A stretch of DNA of 64,000 nt from a virus. Its lineage: Duplodnaviria > Caudoviricetes. This document shows, piece by piece, positions 28,976-38,241 of the stretch; within the stretch, counting starts at the first letter, position 1; the number at the start of each line of letters is the position of its first letter. Below the pieces are notes generated by a model, which was not told the origin of the DNA, searched no databases, and was given only the letters and a program-made list of their open reading frames with translations. The DNA lies in IMG/VR virus record IMGVR_UViG_3300032335_001233, positions 1-64,000 of that record; one strand, written 5' to 3'. The translations under genes and the position numbers were made by a program.

Positions 28976-29370
28976 CCGTGTTCTCGATCCAACACAGTGT
29001 TGGTAAGTCCGGCCATGGTCTGAAAGTTGTTCCAGGCCTCGGCCACGGCAGGATGGCGGTCCAGCTCGGTTTGCGGCAACACTGTTTCTACCCAGTAATA
29101 GGGCAGACGTCGGGGGTAAGCACCAAACTTGCGTGGTTGATGAATCTTGCCCTCTTCCCAAAGCTGCTGAATCACTGACTTTACCTCGTCATGGTCTAGG
29201 CCGTACCACTCAGGCCGTAACACAGTGTACCCATCCCAAATGCTGTTCCACTGCTGTTCCACTGTGGGGTCAAAGTCAGTGCGAGTGACCAAAACCAACA
29301 CATCTTCAATGTCAACTGTGCCTTCTACAATGTCACGCACACAACGACTGAGGCTGAGACCAATTTTCAT
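28972..29370 (-). CDS. Phage hypothetical protein
   Basis: MKIGLSLSRCVRDI...GKIHQPR. Confidence 0.75.
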   Translation of the reverse strand: MKIGLSLSRCVRDIVEGTVDIEDVLVLVTRTDFDPTVEQQWNSIWDGYTVLRPEWYGLDHDEVKSVIQQLWEEGKIHQPRKFGAYPRRLPYYWVETVLPQTELDRHPAVAEAWNNFQTMAGLTNTVLDREHG

Positions 29371-29372
29371 TG

Positions 29373-29603
29373 TTATTCTCCAAAATATTTGATCACAGCA
29401 TCTAGGTGGTGGATCATGATTTCGTTCAAGCTCACATCTTCAGGGTGCATCCACACGCCACCAGGATTGGCATCGGTCTTGGGATTCTTTTTCCACTCTT
29501 TGAGCTCTTTCTTGAGATAGGCTCTCTGCTCTTTGAGAGTGAGCACAGTGATTCGATCAGCGGCTTCGCCGTCCAGCGTGATGGGGCCAATTCGTTTGCT
29601 CAT
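29373..29603 (-). CDS. Hypothetical protein
   Basis: 76 aa; start overlaps the ligase stop. Confidence 0.7.
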   Translation of the reverse strand: MSKRIGPITLDGEAADRITVLTLKEQRAYLKKELKEWKKNPKTDANPGGVWMHPEDVSLNEIMIHHLDAVIKYFGE

Positions 29604-30973
29604 ACTTTTTCTCCTGCTTCAAAATCACGAAACCTCAAGAATCGCGGGAATCGGAGACTGTATGATCCGTCTTGGTTTTGCGTGACAGCGTCAGCTTGGA
29701 TTTCAACCAAGTGGCCCAAAAGGCTATCCCTTGCGGTCCAATACTGATCACGATCAGCATCAGACAGGCCAGTACCAACATTGACTCTAATACAACGTCC
29801 ATTGTCTTCTCCTTCACAAATTATAGCGCCCAAGCGATTTAGATTCCTACCAGTGCCTTCTTCAAAACCCACAATTTCTAGATCTACTGATATGGTGGGT
29901 TTCCATTTCATCCATGAATCACTTCGCTTGCACACATAGGGTGCACCCAAATCTTTGATCATGATACCTTCGTAGCCCAGGTCCACACAATCTTCGGCAT
30001 ATCGATTCATGATGTCATGCCCTTCGGCAGTGTCCAAGTCCACGTCAATGCCGGTCATGACACGCAACACACCGTCTTCGGGCAGTTGAGTACGAGCACG
30101 ATCAAGAATATCAAACCGCTTGTGCTGTTGTGCATTCCAGTAACCGCGCTGGAAGTCATCCAAGGGCATGATGTCAAAAATGTTGAATACCATGCCTGTG
30201 GTGTTGACATCACTTTTGCGATGAGCCTGTTTCATGAGCTTTTGAAAGCTCTCGCCCATGACTTCGCCGTCTAGTACAAATCGGCCACCTGATCCCAAAC
30301 CATGCTGAAACACAGCACGATGTGTCATGATGGCACTGGCAATGTCGGGGAAGTTGGCAAATTCTTTGCCATTGCGACTGAACAAGCTGACATTCATGCC
30401 TTGCACCACAGCAATCACACGCACACCATCCAATTTGGCTTCTAGTCGTTTGGCACCAGTGAGCTTGTTGGGACGGTCAGTGCTGTCTTGAGCCAGCTGG
30501 CAAGAGAACACCGGAATCTTCCACTCAGTATTGCCCACAACCTTGTTGATGGTCTTTTCCGAAATGCCACAACGCAGATCCTTGAGAATTACACGTCGGC
30601 ATACTGTGTTCCACTCTGCATCATCAAATGATTGGCTACAGGCTTCGATGGCCTGACGAGCTGCATTGCCTGTGACACTGCGGGTACGCAGGCTCTCTAG
30701 CAAGCCCCAAAATTTGGGCCAGTCGTTGTCTCGTCCAGCATGACCCGTGACTTCGTCCACTTGACGCACATGAAAGGTGTAGAACGGATTATAGGCCTGG
30801 TAGCAATTGAACAAAAAAGCCTGTGCATCACTACTGCCCAGTTTGCTGGCCATGAGAGCTTTTTCCAGCACTCGTTCTTTGTGTAAACGGCTGTCACTCT
30901 CTTCCAGTTCCAAGATCCAGCCGGCAGCCATGTTGCCTTTGCACCTTTCTGCGTCAAATGTTTGATTGGTCAT
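29600..30973 (-). CDS. ATP-dependent DNA ligase
   Basis: KLDGVR, SRNGK, LDGE, FD, EGIMIK, KWK, SLRFPRF. Confidence 0.95.
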   Translation of the reverse strand: MTNQTFDAERCKGNMAAGWILELEESDSRLHKERVLEKALMASKLGSSDAQAFLFNCYQAYNPFYTFHVRQVDEVTGHAGRDNDWPKFWGLLESLRTRSVTGNAARQAIEACSQSFDDAEWNTVCRRVILKDLRCGISEKTINKVVGNTEWKIPVFSCQLAQDSTDRPNKLTGAKRLEAKLDGVRVIAVVQGMNVSLFSRNGKEFANFPDIASAIMTHRAVFQHGLGSGGRFVLDGEVMGESFQKLMKQAHRKSDVNTTGMVFNIFDIMPLDDFQRGYWNAQQHKRFDILDRARTQLPEDGVLRVMTGIDVDLDTAEGHDIMNRYAEDCVDLGYEGIMIKDLGAPYVCKRSDSWMKWKPTISVDLEIVGFEEGTGRNLNRLGAIICEGEDNGRCIRVNVGTGLSDADRDQYWTARDSLLGHLVEIQADAVTQNQDGSYSLRFPRFLRFRDFEAGEKV

Positions 30974-30978
30974 GATAT

Positions 30979-31143
30979 TTAAGTTCTTTGAGTTTGACGC
31001 TGATTGTGTTGGTACTCTCGTTTGAGCCACCAGCGATAGGTTTGAAAATATTGTTGTGCTGTGAGCTGTGGATGAAGCCCATAGCCATCAAGTTCGTCAC
31101 AGTGACGATACCACATTTCTCGACACCACGGCCTAAACTTCAC
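30979..31143 (-). CDS. Small hypothetical protein (54 aa)
   Basis: GTG start overlaps the upstream stop; MKFRPWCREMWYRH...YRWWLKREY. Confidence 0.6.
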   Translation of the reverse strand: MKFRPWCREMWYRHCDELDGYGLHPQLTAQQYFQTYRWWLKREYQHNQRQTQRT

Positions 31144-31415
31144 ACCGCCTCCAGCATGTTGGCCGGCACGTTGAACAAAGTGTTTGCGGTGCGCACCAGC
31201 ACGTACTTGATTTTGACCTTGTCCACAACACCGCGATAGGTCATGCCGTTGCGATTGCTGGTGAACTGCACTGCATCGCCGGGGCGAAATGCGCGAGTCT
31301 TTTGTTTGGTCATCTGAGCGCGAGCAAATCGAATAGCATCAGCAATGGTGTTGATTTCGTCGTTGCTGTAACGACCACTCACGATTGCGGCACGAATTTC
31401 AACAATGTCAATCAT
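31140..31415 (-). CDS. Hypothetical early protein (SH3-like C-terminus)
   Basis: Own promoter 31442-31470 and AGGAG SD. Confidence 0.75.
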   Translation of the reverse strand: MIDIVEIRAAIVSGRYSNDEINTIADAIRFARAQMTKQKTRAFRPGDAVQFTSNRNGMTYRGVVDKVKIKYVLVRTANTLFNVPANMLEAV

Positions 31416-31441
31416 TTACGGTTCTCCTAATCAATGCATAC

Positions 31442-31470
31442 ATTATACACAACAGTGAAAATTTGGTCAA
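31442..31470 (-). promoter_or_regulatory. Early sigma70-type promoter
   Basis: TTGACC-17-TATAAT. Confidence 0.85.
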
Positions 31471-31742
31471 CCAAATTCGTACATGTACTGGGCCACTGAA
31501 GGATCCAGTTTCACAAGATCTTTTGCGGCCGCAGTGAGTTCGCGATAGCGACGATTGACTTCGGCACGGGGCAATTCGCCATCACAGCTGAGATTTTCTG
31601 GGCTCAAGGCACAGTCAATCATTTCAGCCACACGCTTGCGGCCTGCGGCAGTTTGAACTTCGTACAAGGGTTCTGTACGCTGGCCACGGAACAGGGCCTG
31701 GTATTTGTTCTTGTTGTCAATAAATGTAGTAAGTGCTCGCAT
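31467..31742 (-). CDS. Hypothetical early protein
   Basis: LSPENLSCDGEL motif; SD AAGGAGCCAACGATG. Confidence 0.8.
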   Translation of the reverse strand: MRALTTFIDNKNKYQALFRGQRTEPLYEVQTAAGRKRVAEMIDCALSPENLSCDGELPRAEVNRRYRELTAAAKDLVKLDPSVAQYMYEFG

Positions 31743-31744
31743 CG

Positions 31745-31805
31745 TTGGCTCCTTTTAGTTACTATACAAGTATTATAGCAAATTGGGAAATATTGGTCAA
31801 CCAAA
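31745..31805 (-). repeat. 61-bp direct repeat, copy 1 (promoter + leader + SD)
   Basis: Identical to 32053-32113; contains TTGACC-17-TATAAT and AAGGAGCCAA. Confidence 0.95.
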
Positions 31806-31819
31806 ATAGTGTTGCGTTT

Positions 31820-32050
31820 TTACAACAATCCTACGCTTTTCTTGATCTCATAGCGAGCGATCTTTTCGTCAAAGTACATGTGAACGCCTTCCATGTAAGG
31901 ACTTGCTACAACAATTTCGCCTAGCTCGATAGCAAGATCCTGAGTGAAACGAGTGAGAATGCTGTGAGTGTCTTCTGACTGATTTAGTGGGTCCCGGTCC
32001 AGAATTTCTTGGTAGTTGTTGATGAGTTTTTGTATGTTTTGATGAATCAT
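31820..32050 (-). CDS. Hypothetical early protein
   Basis: Lies between the two repeats; SD AAGGAGCCAAAAATG. Confidence 0.75.
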   Translation of the reverse strand: MIHQNIQKLINNYQEILDRDPLNQSEDTHSILTRFTQDLAIELGEIVVASPYMEGVHMYFDEKIARYEIKKSVGLL

Positions 32051-32052
32051 TT

Positions 32053-32113
32053 TTGGCTCCTTTTAGTTACTATACAAGTATTATAGCAAATTGGGAAATA
32101 TTGGTCAACCAAA
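32053..32113 (-). repeat. 61-bp direct repeat, copy 2
   Basis: Identical to 31745-31805. Confidence 0.95.
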
Positions 32114-32114
32114 G

Positions 32115-32141
32115 AAAAACCCTGCAAATTGCAGGGTTTTT
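32115..32141. terminator. Intrinsic terminator
   Basis: AAAAACCCTGCAA-A-TTGCAGGGTTTTT downstream of the porin gene. Confidence 0.8.
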
Positions 32142-32167
32142 GGTGTTGTATTTTTACAACAAAAGTA

Positions 32168-33097
32168 TTAGAACTTGTATTCCAAGCCCGCTACCACTTG
32201 ACGTACATCTCGAGTGTTGATGTCATGATCAGCGTTGCGATACATCACGCGACCAATCACGTTTTTGCTGAAGCCATAGTCGGCGCCCAGTGCATAGCTG
32301 TTCATACCAGCATCAGTACGGCCCACGCTGGCCTTGGCAGTGATGCGTGTGCCAGGAATCAGCTGTTCGGTGCTGAGCAAAGTGCCCTTGACTTCGGTAC
32401 GCACAGCGTTGGCCACTGTGACATCATCAGTGTAAGACACACCCACATAGCCGGTACCAACTTTTACTCGACCAATCAAGGCGTTGCTGGTGTTGGTACC
32501 TTGTTCAAAACGAGCAGCACCCACAGTGACTGGACCTAGATCAGCGGTGACGCTGCCGGACATAGCTTCAGGCAAGCCAGCACCAGTGGCGGTGTTGGTG
32601 AGCTGACGATCAAAAGCCAGCTTGATGCCTTTGATGGGTTCGGCACGTACAAACACTGTGTTGCTGAGACGCTTGTCACGGAAGTGGTGAACGTCTTGGC
32701 TGGCTGAGCCAATGGTGCGGCTCCAAAACGGATCAATACTGCGAATCAACCAAAAATGGCTGTGATAGTCACGGCCCACGTCCACGCTGTACTGTTTGGT
32801 GGCCAAGCCCACGAGACTGGTACGGTTGCCCAACTTGGTGTCACTGCCGGTGTCAGGTGACACATTGGCGATGGAAGTTTCGATAGTGGCACGAGCCTGC
32901 AGGCCGCCACCAAGATTTTCCACAGCACGGAATCCAATGCGGCTGCTTTCGTTGCTCATGGTGGTGCCAGCATCAACACCGCCTGTGGTTTGATCAACCA
33001 CAAACGCATTCATGCGACCATACACTGTGATTTGACTCTGTGCCAAGGCCGCTGAAGAGGCCAAGGTCAAGGCCAAAATCATAGCAAGTTTCTTCAT
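32168..33097 (-). CDS. Gram-negative outer-membrane porin (betaproteobacterial type)
   Basis: Signal peptide, QS.ITVYG, SRIGFR..E.LGGGL.A, C-terminal GLEYKF. Confidence 0.9.
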   Translation of the reverse strand: MKKLAMILALTLASSAALAQSQITVYGRMNAFVVDQTTGGVDAGTTMSNESSRIGFRAVENLGGGLQARATIETSIANVSPDTGSDTKLGNRTSLVGLATKQYSVDVGRDYHSHFWLIRSIDPFWSRTIGSASQDVHHFRDKRLSNTVFVRAEPIKGIKLAFDRQLTNTATGAGLPEAMSGSVTADLGPVTVGAARFEQGTNTSNALIGRVKVGTGYVGVSYTDDVTVANAVRTEVKGTLLSTEQLIPGTRITAKASVGRTDAGMNSYALGADYGFSKNVIGRVMYRNADHDINTRDVRQVVAGLEYKF

Positions 33098-33165
33098 GTT
33101 ATCTCCTTTAAAGATGAAGTTAGTATACGTGAATAGTTAGTAGATGTCACGTGTTTTGAAAAAAT

Positions 33166-35193
33166 TTATTGAGGGGTCACTGCACAAGGCGGTGTAATGG
33201 GCAAGTTGTCTGGCACCGAAAACGGTAGTATACCAATGCCAGCATCGCCTAAAAACTCTTGGTTGGCAGACACTTGTAATCCAGCAGTAAGGCTTTGGCC
33301 GCCCAAGGTAGTGTTGTCAGCAATCTGTTTCAAAAAGTCCCAAGACCCACCACTGGTGCAGTCTTTGCCATAGTTGTTGATGTTTTGAGAAAATGCATAA
33401 ACATCGCCATTGCCGGCAACACTGCTAGAAGTGACATCAAGGTAGTTCAGCGGAACAAGATTTTGGTATTCTAATTCTTGATTCACACAATTTGCAATGT
33501 AGGTCCATGCTGTGTTGAGAACAGCAACTTCAGCAGAGTAGCCGCTGGCCACTGTGGCAATGGCACTGTTGGCTGTGGCTATGTCTGATATTACTTGTGC
33601 ATCGTTGACTCTGGTCACAATGCTGGTCAACGCGGTGTTTAGCCCGGCTAATGCCCCCGCAGTTTGCAAACTGTTGATGGTGGCAGTCACTGTGTTAAAT
33701 CTTGTGGCCAAGTCACAGTGGTCAGTGGCTAGGCCCAGTACATCATTAAAAGTTATGGTACCATCAGGACCCGATCCAGTGGCAATGTCTGAAGCAATCT
33801 GAGATTCAACTGTGGCTGCTACAGGAGTGGTTTGAGCCGTCAATAGATCAAGTCCAGCTGTGGGCAAGCCCACACCGTCCACAGGGTTGGGTTGCCAGTA
33901 TGCAGTGTCTGTGATATCAGTACTGGGCATGACATCTTGTTGAGCACGATAGTTCATGTTGTCATATAGCACAACATCGTTGGCCAAATAGTATTGGTTG
34001 ACGTCCCAGTCACGTGTGCTGTAATCACGCAAGGCTGGCCACAACTGCTCAGGAGTGGTATTGACAATGTTGTTGATCTGTGATAGTCCAGCAGCCAAGG
34101 CCTTGTTGGCCACGGCTGTTTCAGGCGGAATAATTTTGCCAAGATCTTCACAGCCCAACGGCACAGCGGCAAAATCTGTAATGGCTTGTTCTAGGCCTGG
34201 GCTCAAGGCCCCATTGGCTTGATAGATTGGTGTGTCGCCACCCGTTGTGGGCGTAAGCAAACTTTGATAGCTTGTGGGGAAAATTTTGACAGGGTTCAAG
34301 AGATCAGTCAAGGCCACAATGTTGGGAGTAGTGACATCTAGTATGGCCAGGGCATCGCCCAATCCGCGCTCGGCTGTGATAGCAGCCAATGCTGGATATG
34401 CACGTTTTTGCAGTTGATCAAACTGGTTGGCTGTGAGTCCGTTTTGATTGAACAGACTTTGACGATTGTTGGTCACAAGGTCTGTGATGTCTTGTGGTGT
34501 TAGTCCCACCAGTAGCAATGCTTCGTATATGGTGGGCAAAGTGCCACCATTGCCGGCTGCGGCCAGACTTTGTAACAGTGTGGCTGGTTCACCCATGTAA
34601 GCCAGCTGATCAAACTGCAACAAGCTGCCTGTGGCTTTGAGGTCTTGAGCAAAATTTTCAATGTCTGTGGTGACCTGACTCAGACCCGCAGTGTAGAGAT
34701 TGTCAAAGTTTGTGAACGTGGGACCTAGATACTGATTGGCCTGTGCCGCTGCTGTGATAAACTGGTTGCTGGTGGCAATAAACCCTGCCACTGCATTGAA
34801 TCCTTGTGCAAATGCAGCACCGTTGCCAACTCCAAGATAGGCTTCGCCTAGACTTTCAACAAAATTGGCCAGTCCATCAGGATCAAAATTATTGTCAGGA
34901 TTTAGAGCAAGATACAAATCACGCAGTGCTGTATATGTGCCTACTGGGGACACTGGCACACTATTGCCTAATGCAGGACAAACTGCTTCACCAATTGACA
35001 ACAAACTTTGAAATGTAGTGTCAGTGTAAAATGCCTGTGCTTGATACCAAGACACAGCCGCCAGCCAATTGGTTATCACCGTGGTGGCATTGTATGTTGC
35101 AATGGCCGTGGTCAATGCAGCAGGCAGGGTCTTGATGCCTTGATTGTGTATCAAGGCATTGGCCACTTGAATTTGCAGTGCATTGTATGCCAT
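33166..35193 (-). CDS. Putative virion (baseplate/tail) protein
   Basis: 675 aa, Ala/Thr/Asn-rich; W....Y...DVV.Y....Y.A carbohydrate-binding-like motif; follows PAAR. Confidence 0.65.
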   Translation of the reverse strand: MAYNALQIQVANALIHNQGIKTLPAALTTAIATYNATTVITNWLAAVSWYQAQAFYTDTTFQSLLSIGEAVCPALGNSVPVSPVGTYTALRDLYLALNPDNNFDPDGLANFVESLGEAYLGVGNGAAFAQGFNAVAGFIATSNQFITAAAQANQYLGPTFTNFDNLYTAGLSQVTTDIENFAQDLKATGSLLQFDQLAYMGEPATLLQSLAAAGNGGTLPTIYEALLLVGLTPQDITDLVTNNRQSLFNQNGLTANQFDQLQKRAYPALAAITAERGLGDALAILDVTTPNIVALTDLLNPVKIFPTSYQSLLTPTTGGDTPIYQANGALSPGLEQAITDFAAVPLGCEDLGKIIPPETAVANKALAAGLSQINNIVNTTPEQLWPALRDYSTRDWDVNQYYLANDVVLYDNMNYRAQQDVMPSTDITDTAYWQPNPVDGVGLPTAGLDLLTAQTTPVAATVESQIASDIATGSGPDGTITFNDVLGLATDHCDLATRFNTVTATINSLQTAGALAGLNTALTSIVTRVNDAQVISDIATANSAIATVASGYSAEVAVLNTAWTYIANCVNQELEYQNLVPLNYLDVTSSSVAGNGDVYAFSQNINNYGKDCTSGGSWDFLKQIADNTTLGGQSLTAGLQVSANQEFLGDAGIGILPFSVPDNLPITPPCAVTPQ

Positions 35194-35483
35194 TATCCTG
35201 CCCTTACATCGTCGCTGCCGCCCACACGAGGGTGACCGCAGGAATCAGCATCGCCGGTTACTACTACAGGTTGACCACCTGCCCGAACTGTCGGTACGCC
35301 GCCACCGGTCACTGTGCCGCCATTGTTGTGTTCGTTGCGGCCACGTCGTGGATATGGGGGATGCGGAGTCACTGGTTGACCAGGGATCATAATGGACTGC
35401 CCATTGACTCGGACTGAAGGAACACCGCCATTGGCTACTCCTCCGCTGGAATCTGAATCCCCTTGACGCTGCACTGCTGGCAT
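35193..35483 (-). CDS. PAAR-domain spike tip protein
   Basis: PAVQR.GD, V.VNG, H, GD..SCGH...GS.DV..G. Confidence 0.85.
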   Translation of the reverse strand: MPAVQRQGDSDSSGGVANGGVPSVRVNGQSIMIPGQPVTPHPPYPRRGRNEHNNGGTVTGGGVPTVRAGGQPVVVTGDADSCGHPRVGGSDDVRAG

Positions 35484-35484
35484 G

Positions 35485-35790
35485 TTATCCTAGAATTAGT
35501 TTCTTTTCAGGTACCCGAATACCTGTTGTTGCTTCTAGGTATTTCATCCGCACTGAATCATCAGTCTTTGACACCAAAGCAACACTGTTGGTATTTAACC
35601 GGATTTCTTCCTTGGGGTCAGCAGTAAACAAACTGGGTATGAGTCCCATGCCCTGCGGTCCTGGAGCAATGCTCACTGGTTCCTCTAGCGTGATCCAATC
35701 ACCACCAGAGTGCTTGACTTTGGCTACTATTTCTTCGCCAGAATTCATTTTGAATGTGTATACTTGATCGTGTTCGAGTGCTATTTGCAT
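35485..35790 (-). CDS. T4-like phage hypothetical protein (Sm-like)
   Basis: FKMNSGEEIVAK...Y...TTGI. Confidence 0.7.
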   Translation of the reverse strand: MQIALEHDQVYTFKMNSGEEIVAKVKHSGGDWITLEEPVSIAPGPQGMGLIPSLFTADPKEEIRLNTNSVALVSKTDDSVRMKYLEATTGIRVPEKKLILG

Positions 35791-36011
35791 TATGTGAGTT
35801 TCTTTCTGAGTTCTGTAATTCCGCCCACCAGTTCTTCATCTAGAAAAATCTGTGGTACTGTGCGAGCAGTTGGTACTGCCTCTAGTAGTTGTTCTCGTGT
35901 CCAGCCAGCACCAACTCGGCGCTCTTCAAACTCAATGCCACGTTGCGTCAGCAGAGCCTTGGCTTGATCACAGTGTGGACATGCGTCCTTGCTCCATACA
36001 ATTGCTTTCAT
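35790..36011 (-). CDS. Glutaredoxin
   Basis: CPHC, TVPQIF, GG. Confidence 0.95.
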   Translation of the reverse strand: MKAIVWSKDACPHCDQAKALLTQRGIEFEERRVGAGWTREQLLEAVPTARTVPQIFLDEELVGGITELRKKLT

Positions 36012-36012
36012 A

Positions 36013-37125
36013 TTAAATTTCCGGTAATTCGTCGTATTGCAAAGTGTCACTCATGACACCGATAACATAGTTAGTTGATTCGTTTTCTTGCAGTGCAGTT
36101 TGTTTCTTGCTGACATCCACGTGTTTGTTGAACCAAGGAATGGGTGTGCTTCGTGGGGCAGGTTCAGCGTACTTGATACCAATTTCACGCAAAGCTGCGT
36201 GAGCAGTAAAGTCCATGAAGTCTTTGAGAATCTGCGCATTGAGTCCAATCACTGGGCCTTTGCGGAATAGGTAATCAGCCCAGGCTTTTTCTTCTCGAAT
36301 CACTTCGGCATACATCTGGTATACTTCAGCCTCACACTCAACTCGAGCTCGAGCAAAACGTGGATCTTCTTTCACAACTTGATTGATCAGCCATGCAGTC
36401 CAATCACGATGCAGGATTTCGTCTTGCAAGATCAAACCAATGATGTTGCCATTGCCAATAAAAATACGATTCTCTACCATGGCCAGGCTGGTGGCAAATG
36501 ATACCATAAAGCGGAATGCTTCTAATGCATAGCTGGCATTGAGTGCCATCCAAATTGCCTTGATATGCGCTGGTTCCAATACTGTTTCCTTTGTTGGATC
36601 AGCAATTTCTTTAAGACAATTTAATCTGTGCAAATCATCGTAGTACCGGCCAACACTTGACGCCATGTCCACAATCTCTCGAGTGTCATGGATGGTGTTG
36701 AACACTTCCTTGGGCACGTTGTAGATGTTGCGAATAATGTGTGAATAACTTCTTGAATGAATATTGGTTTCAAAGAACGTCCAGTTGTATACCAAGCTCT
36801 CTAGTTCAGGAATAGAAATCACAGGGGTAAAGATTTGGCTGGGACCGCGGCCTTGCAAACTGTCCAGTGCTGTTTGTCGCAACAGGTTCGAAGTAAAAAT
36901 ATGCCGCACAGTTTCTGACGCATCCTTGAAATCCTGTGCATCTTTGGTGAGTGAAATTTCTTCAGGTACCCAAAAGAAGCCCCGGGCTTCTTGTTCAAAT
37001 TTGGCCAGTTTGTTGTACTTGACTTCTTCAAAGCGTTGAATGGTCACAGGCCCAGCTGGGTCCAAGAACATCTTGCGATTGAGATAGTCAGTGCGAGTGG
37101 CTAGGTTGTATTGTTGTTGGCTCAT
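36013..37125 (-). CDS. nrdB: Ribonucleotide reductase class Ia beta subunit
   Basis: FFW.PEE, LDSLQGR, ETNIHSRSY, LEAFRF, DEILH. Confidence 0.95.
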   Translation of the reverse strand: MSQQQYNLATRTDYLNRKMFLDPAGPVTIQRFEEVKYNKLAKFEQEARGFFWVPEEISLTKDAQDFKDASETVRHIFTSNLLRQTALDSLQGRGPSQIFTPVISIPELESLVYNWTFFETNIHSRSYSHIIRNIYNVPKEVFNTIHDTREIVDMASSVGRYYDDLHRLNCLKEIADPTKETVLEPAHIKAIWMALNASYALEAFRFMVSFATSLAMVENRIFIGNGNIIGLILQDEILHRDWTAWLINQVVKEDPRFARARVECEAEVYQMYAEVIREEKAWADYLFRKGPVIGLNAQILKDFMDFTAHAALREIGIKYAEPAPRSTPIPWFNKHVDVSKKQTALQENESTNYVIGVMSDTLQYDELPEI

Positions 37126-37126
37126 T

Positions 37127-38050
37127 TCAGTCTTCCAAGTAATAGTTGAGGTGACCATTGGTCACATTGTGTGTGATGCGTAGCCGCTGTTGTGGTTCAA
37201 TCAACAACACTGGGCTTTCAGCCGCGCCCCAGTGTCCAGTATCAAGATACAGTCGGTCATGATCCTGTTGCATGCCCATGCGTGGCACAATCAAAACACA
37301 TTGATCCTGCCAGGGTCGAGTGTCTACAGTCATTTCAAATTGAGCCATGTCAGGGAGGTACTGCTGTACTGAATACTGAGCTATCACTGCACCGTGCTGC
37401 ACTGCTCGCATGTAAGGTATCCAACCCCAGTCAGTGTCACGTTGACGTTCAAAGTGCACTAGGCCACGAGGCAATTCAGAATCAGGCAAGGCCTGCACAG
37501 ATCTAAAACTGTTGATGAGATCCACAAATCGTGAGTCTACGTCCACAGCTGGGTTGAACACACCAGACTGAGACTCAGTGCGGCATAGTCCGGCTGCAAA
37601 TCTTCGTGGCACTGTGACTGCCCAGATTTCTGCAAAGTATGTGCCAGGCAAGAACTGTGTGTTGCTGTCAATCGGCAATGTGTTCCACAGGCCTTCCCAC
37701 CACAAGTTACCATTCACAGTTTCAGTAAAGGTCACCGGCGTTGTGTCATGTCCACGATCATACCGCTCGTTGATTAGTTCTACCTGGCTGCCAAGCCCCA
37801 AGCGATCAACTACTTCGCGCCCCAGGAGATAGCGGTCAGGGTCGCTTTCAAATGCTCGCACATGACTGGCGCCGTGTTTGAGTGCCATCATGGTCAACAA
37901 TCCTGTGCCAAAGCCAATGTCAGTGCAGTGTTGGCCAGACACATAGCGAGCCAACACTCGATCATAAAATTGGTTGCGAACAAAGTCGTTGATCATGGGC
38001 AGATTTACTCCGTCATGATTCATCCAGTCAATGCGTTGTACAAAATCCAT
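37127..38050 (-). CDS. PRMT-like SAM-dependent methyltransferase
   Basis: MIND..RN.FY, DIGFGTGLL.MMA, E......EG double-E loop, GHW. Confidence 0.7.
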   Translation of the reverse strand: MDFVQRIDWMNHDGVNLPMINDFVRNQFYDRVLARYVSGQHCTDIGFGTGLLTMMALKHGASHVRAFESDPDRYLLGREVVDRLGLGSQVELINERYDRGHDTTPVTFTETVNGNLWWEGLWNTLPIDSNTQFLPGTYFAEIWAVTVPRRFAAGLCRTESQSGVFNPAVDVDSRFVDLINSFRSVQALPDSELPRGLVHFERQRDTDWGWIPYMRAVQHGAVIAQYSVQQYLPDMAQFEMTVDTRPWQDQCVLIVPRMGMQQDHDRLYLDTGHWGAAESPVLLIEPQQRLRITHNVTNGHLNYYLED

Positions 38051-38241
38051 TACCAGTGCCTTATGGTGTTCGCCATGATAAAAAAGCAAGTGATCACATG
38101 TATGATCACCCAAAATGTTTTGAGCCACAGTGCAATACGAGCTTCTCTCAGTGTGAGTATGGGCACGTCGGGCCGATCATGATCGTTCTTGCCCATGAGA
38201 TGCCCAGTGGCTCGCGCCCAAATACGTTCCACAGCGTTCAT
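38050..38241 (-). CDS. Small membrane protein
   Basis: RIWARATGH...C-terminal TM...RHW. Confidence 0.65.
   Translation of the reverse strand: MNAVERIWARATGHLMGKNDHDRPDVPILTLREARIALWLKTFWVIIHVITCFFIMANTIRHW

Noticed and set aside
31745-32113. Direct repeats as a CRISPR array or att sites
   Set aside because: There are only two exact copies of 61 bp, the spacer is a gene, and the repeat is explained as promoter plus SD.
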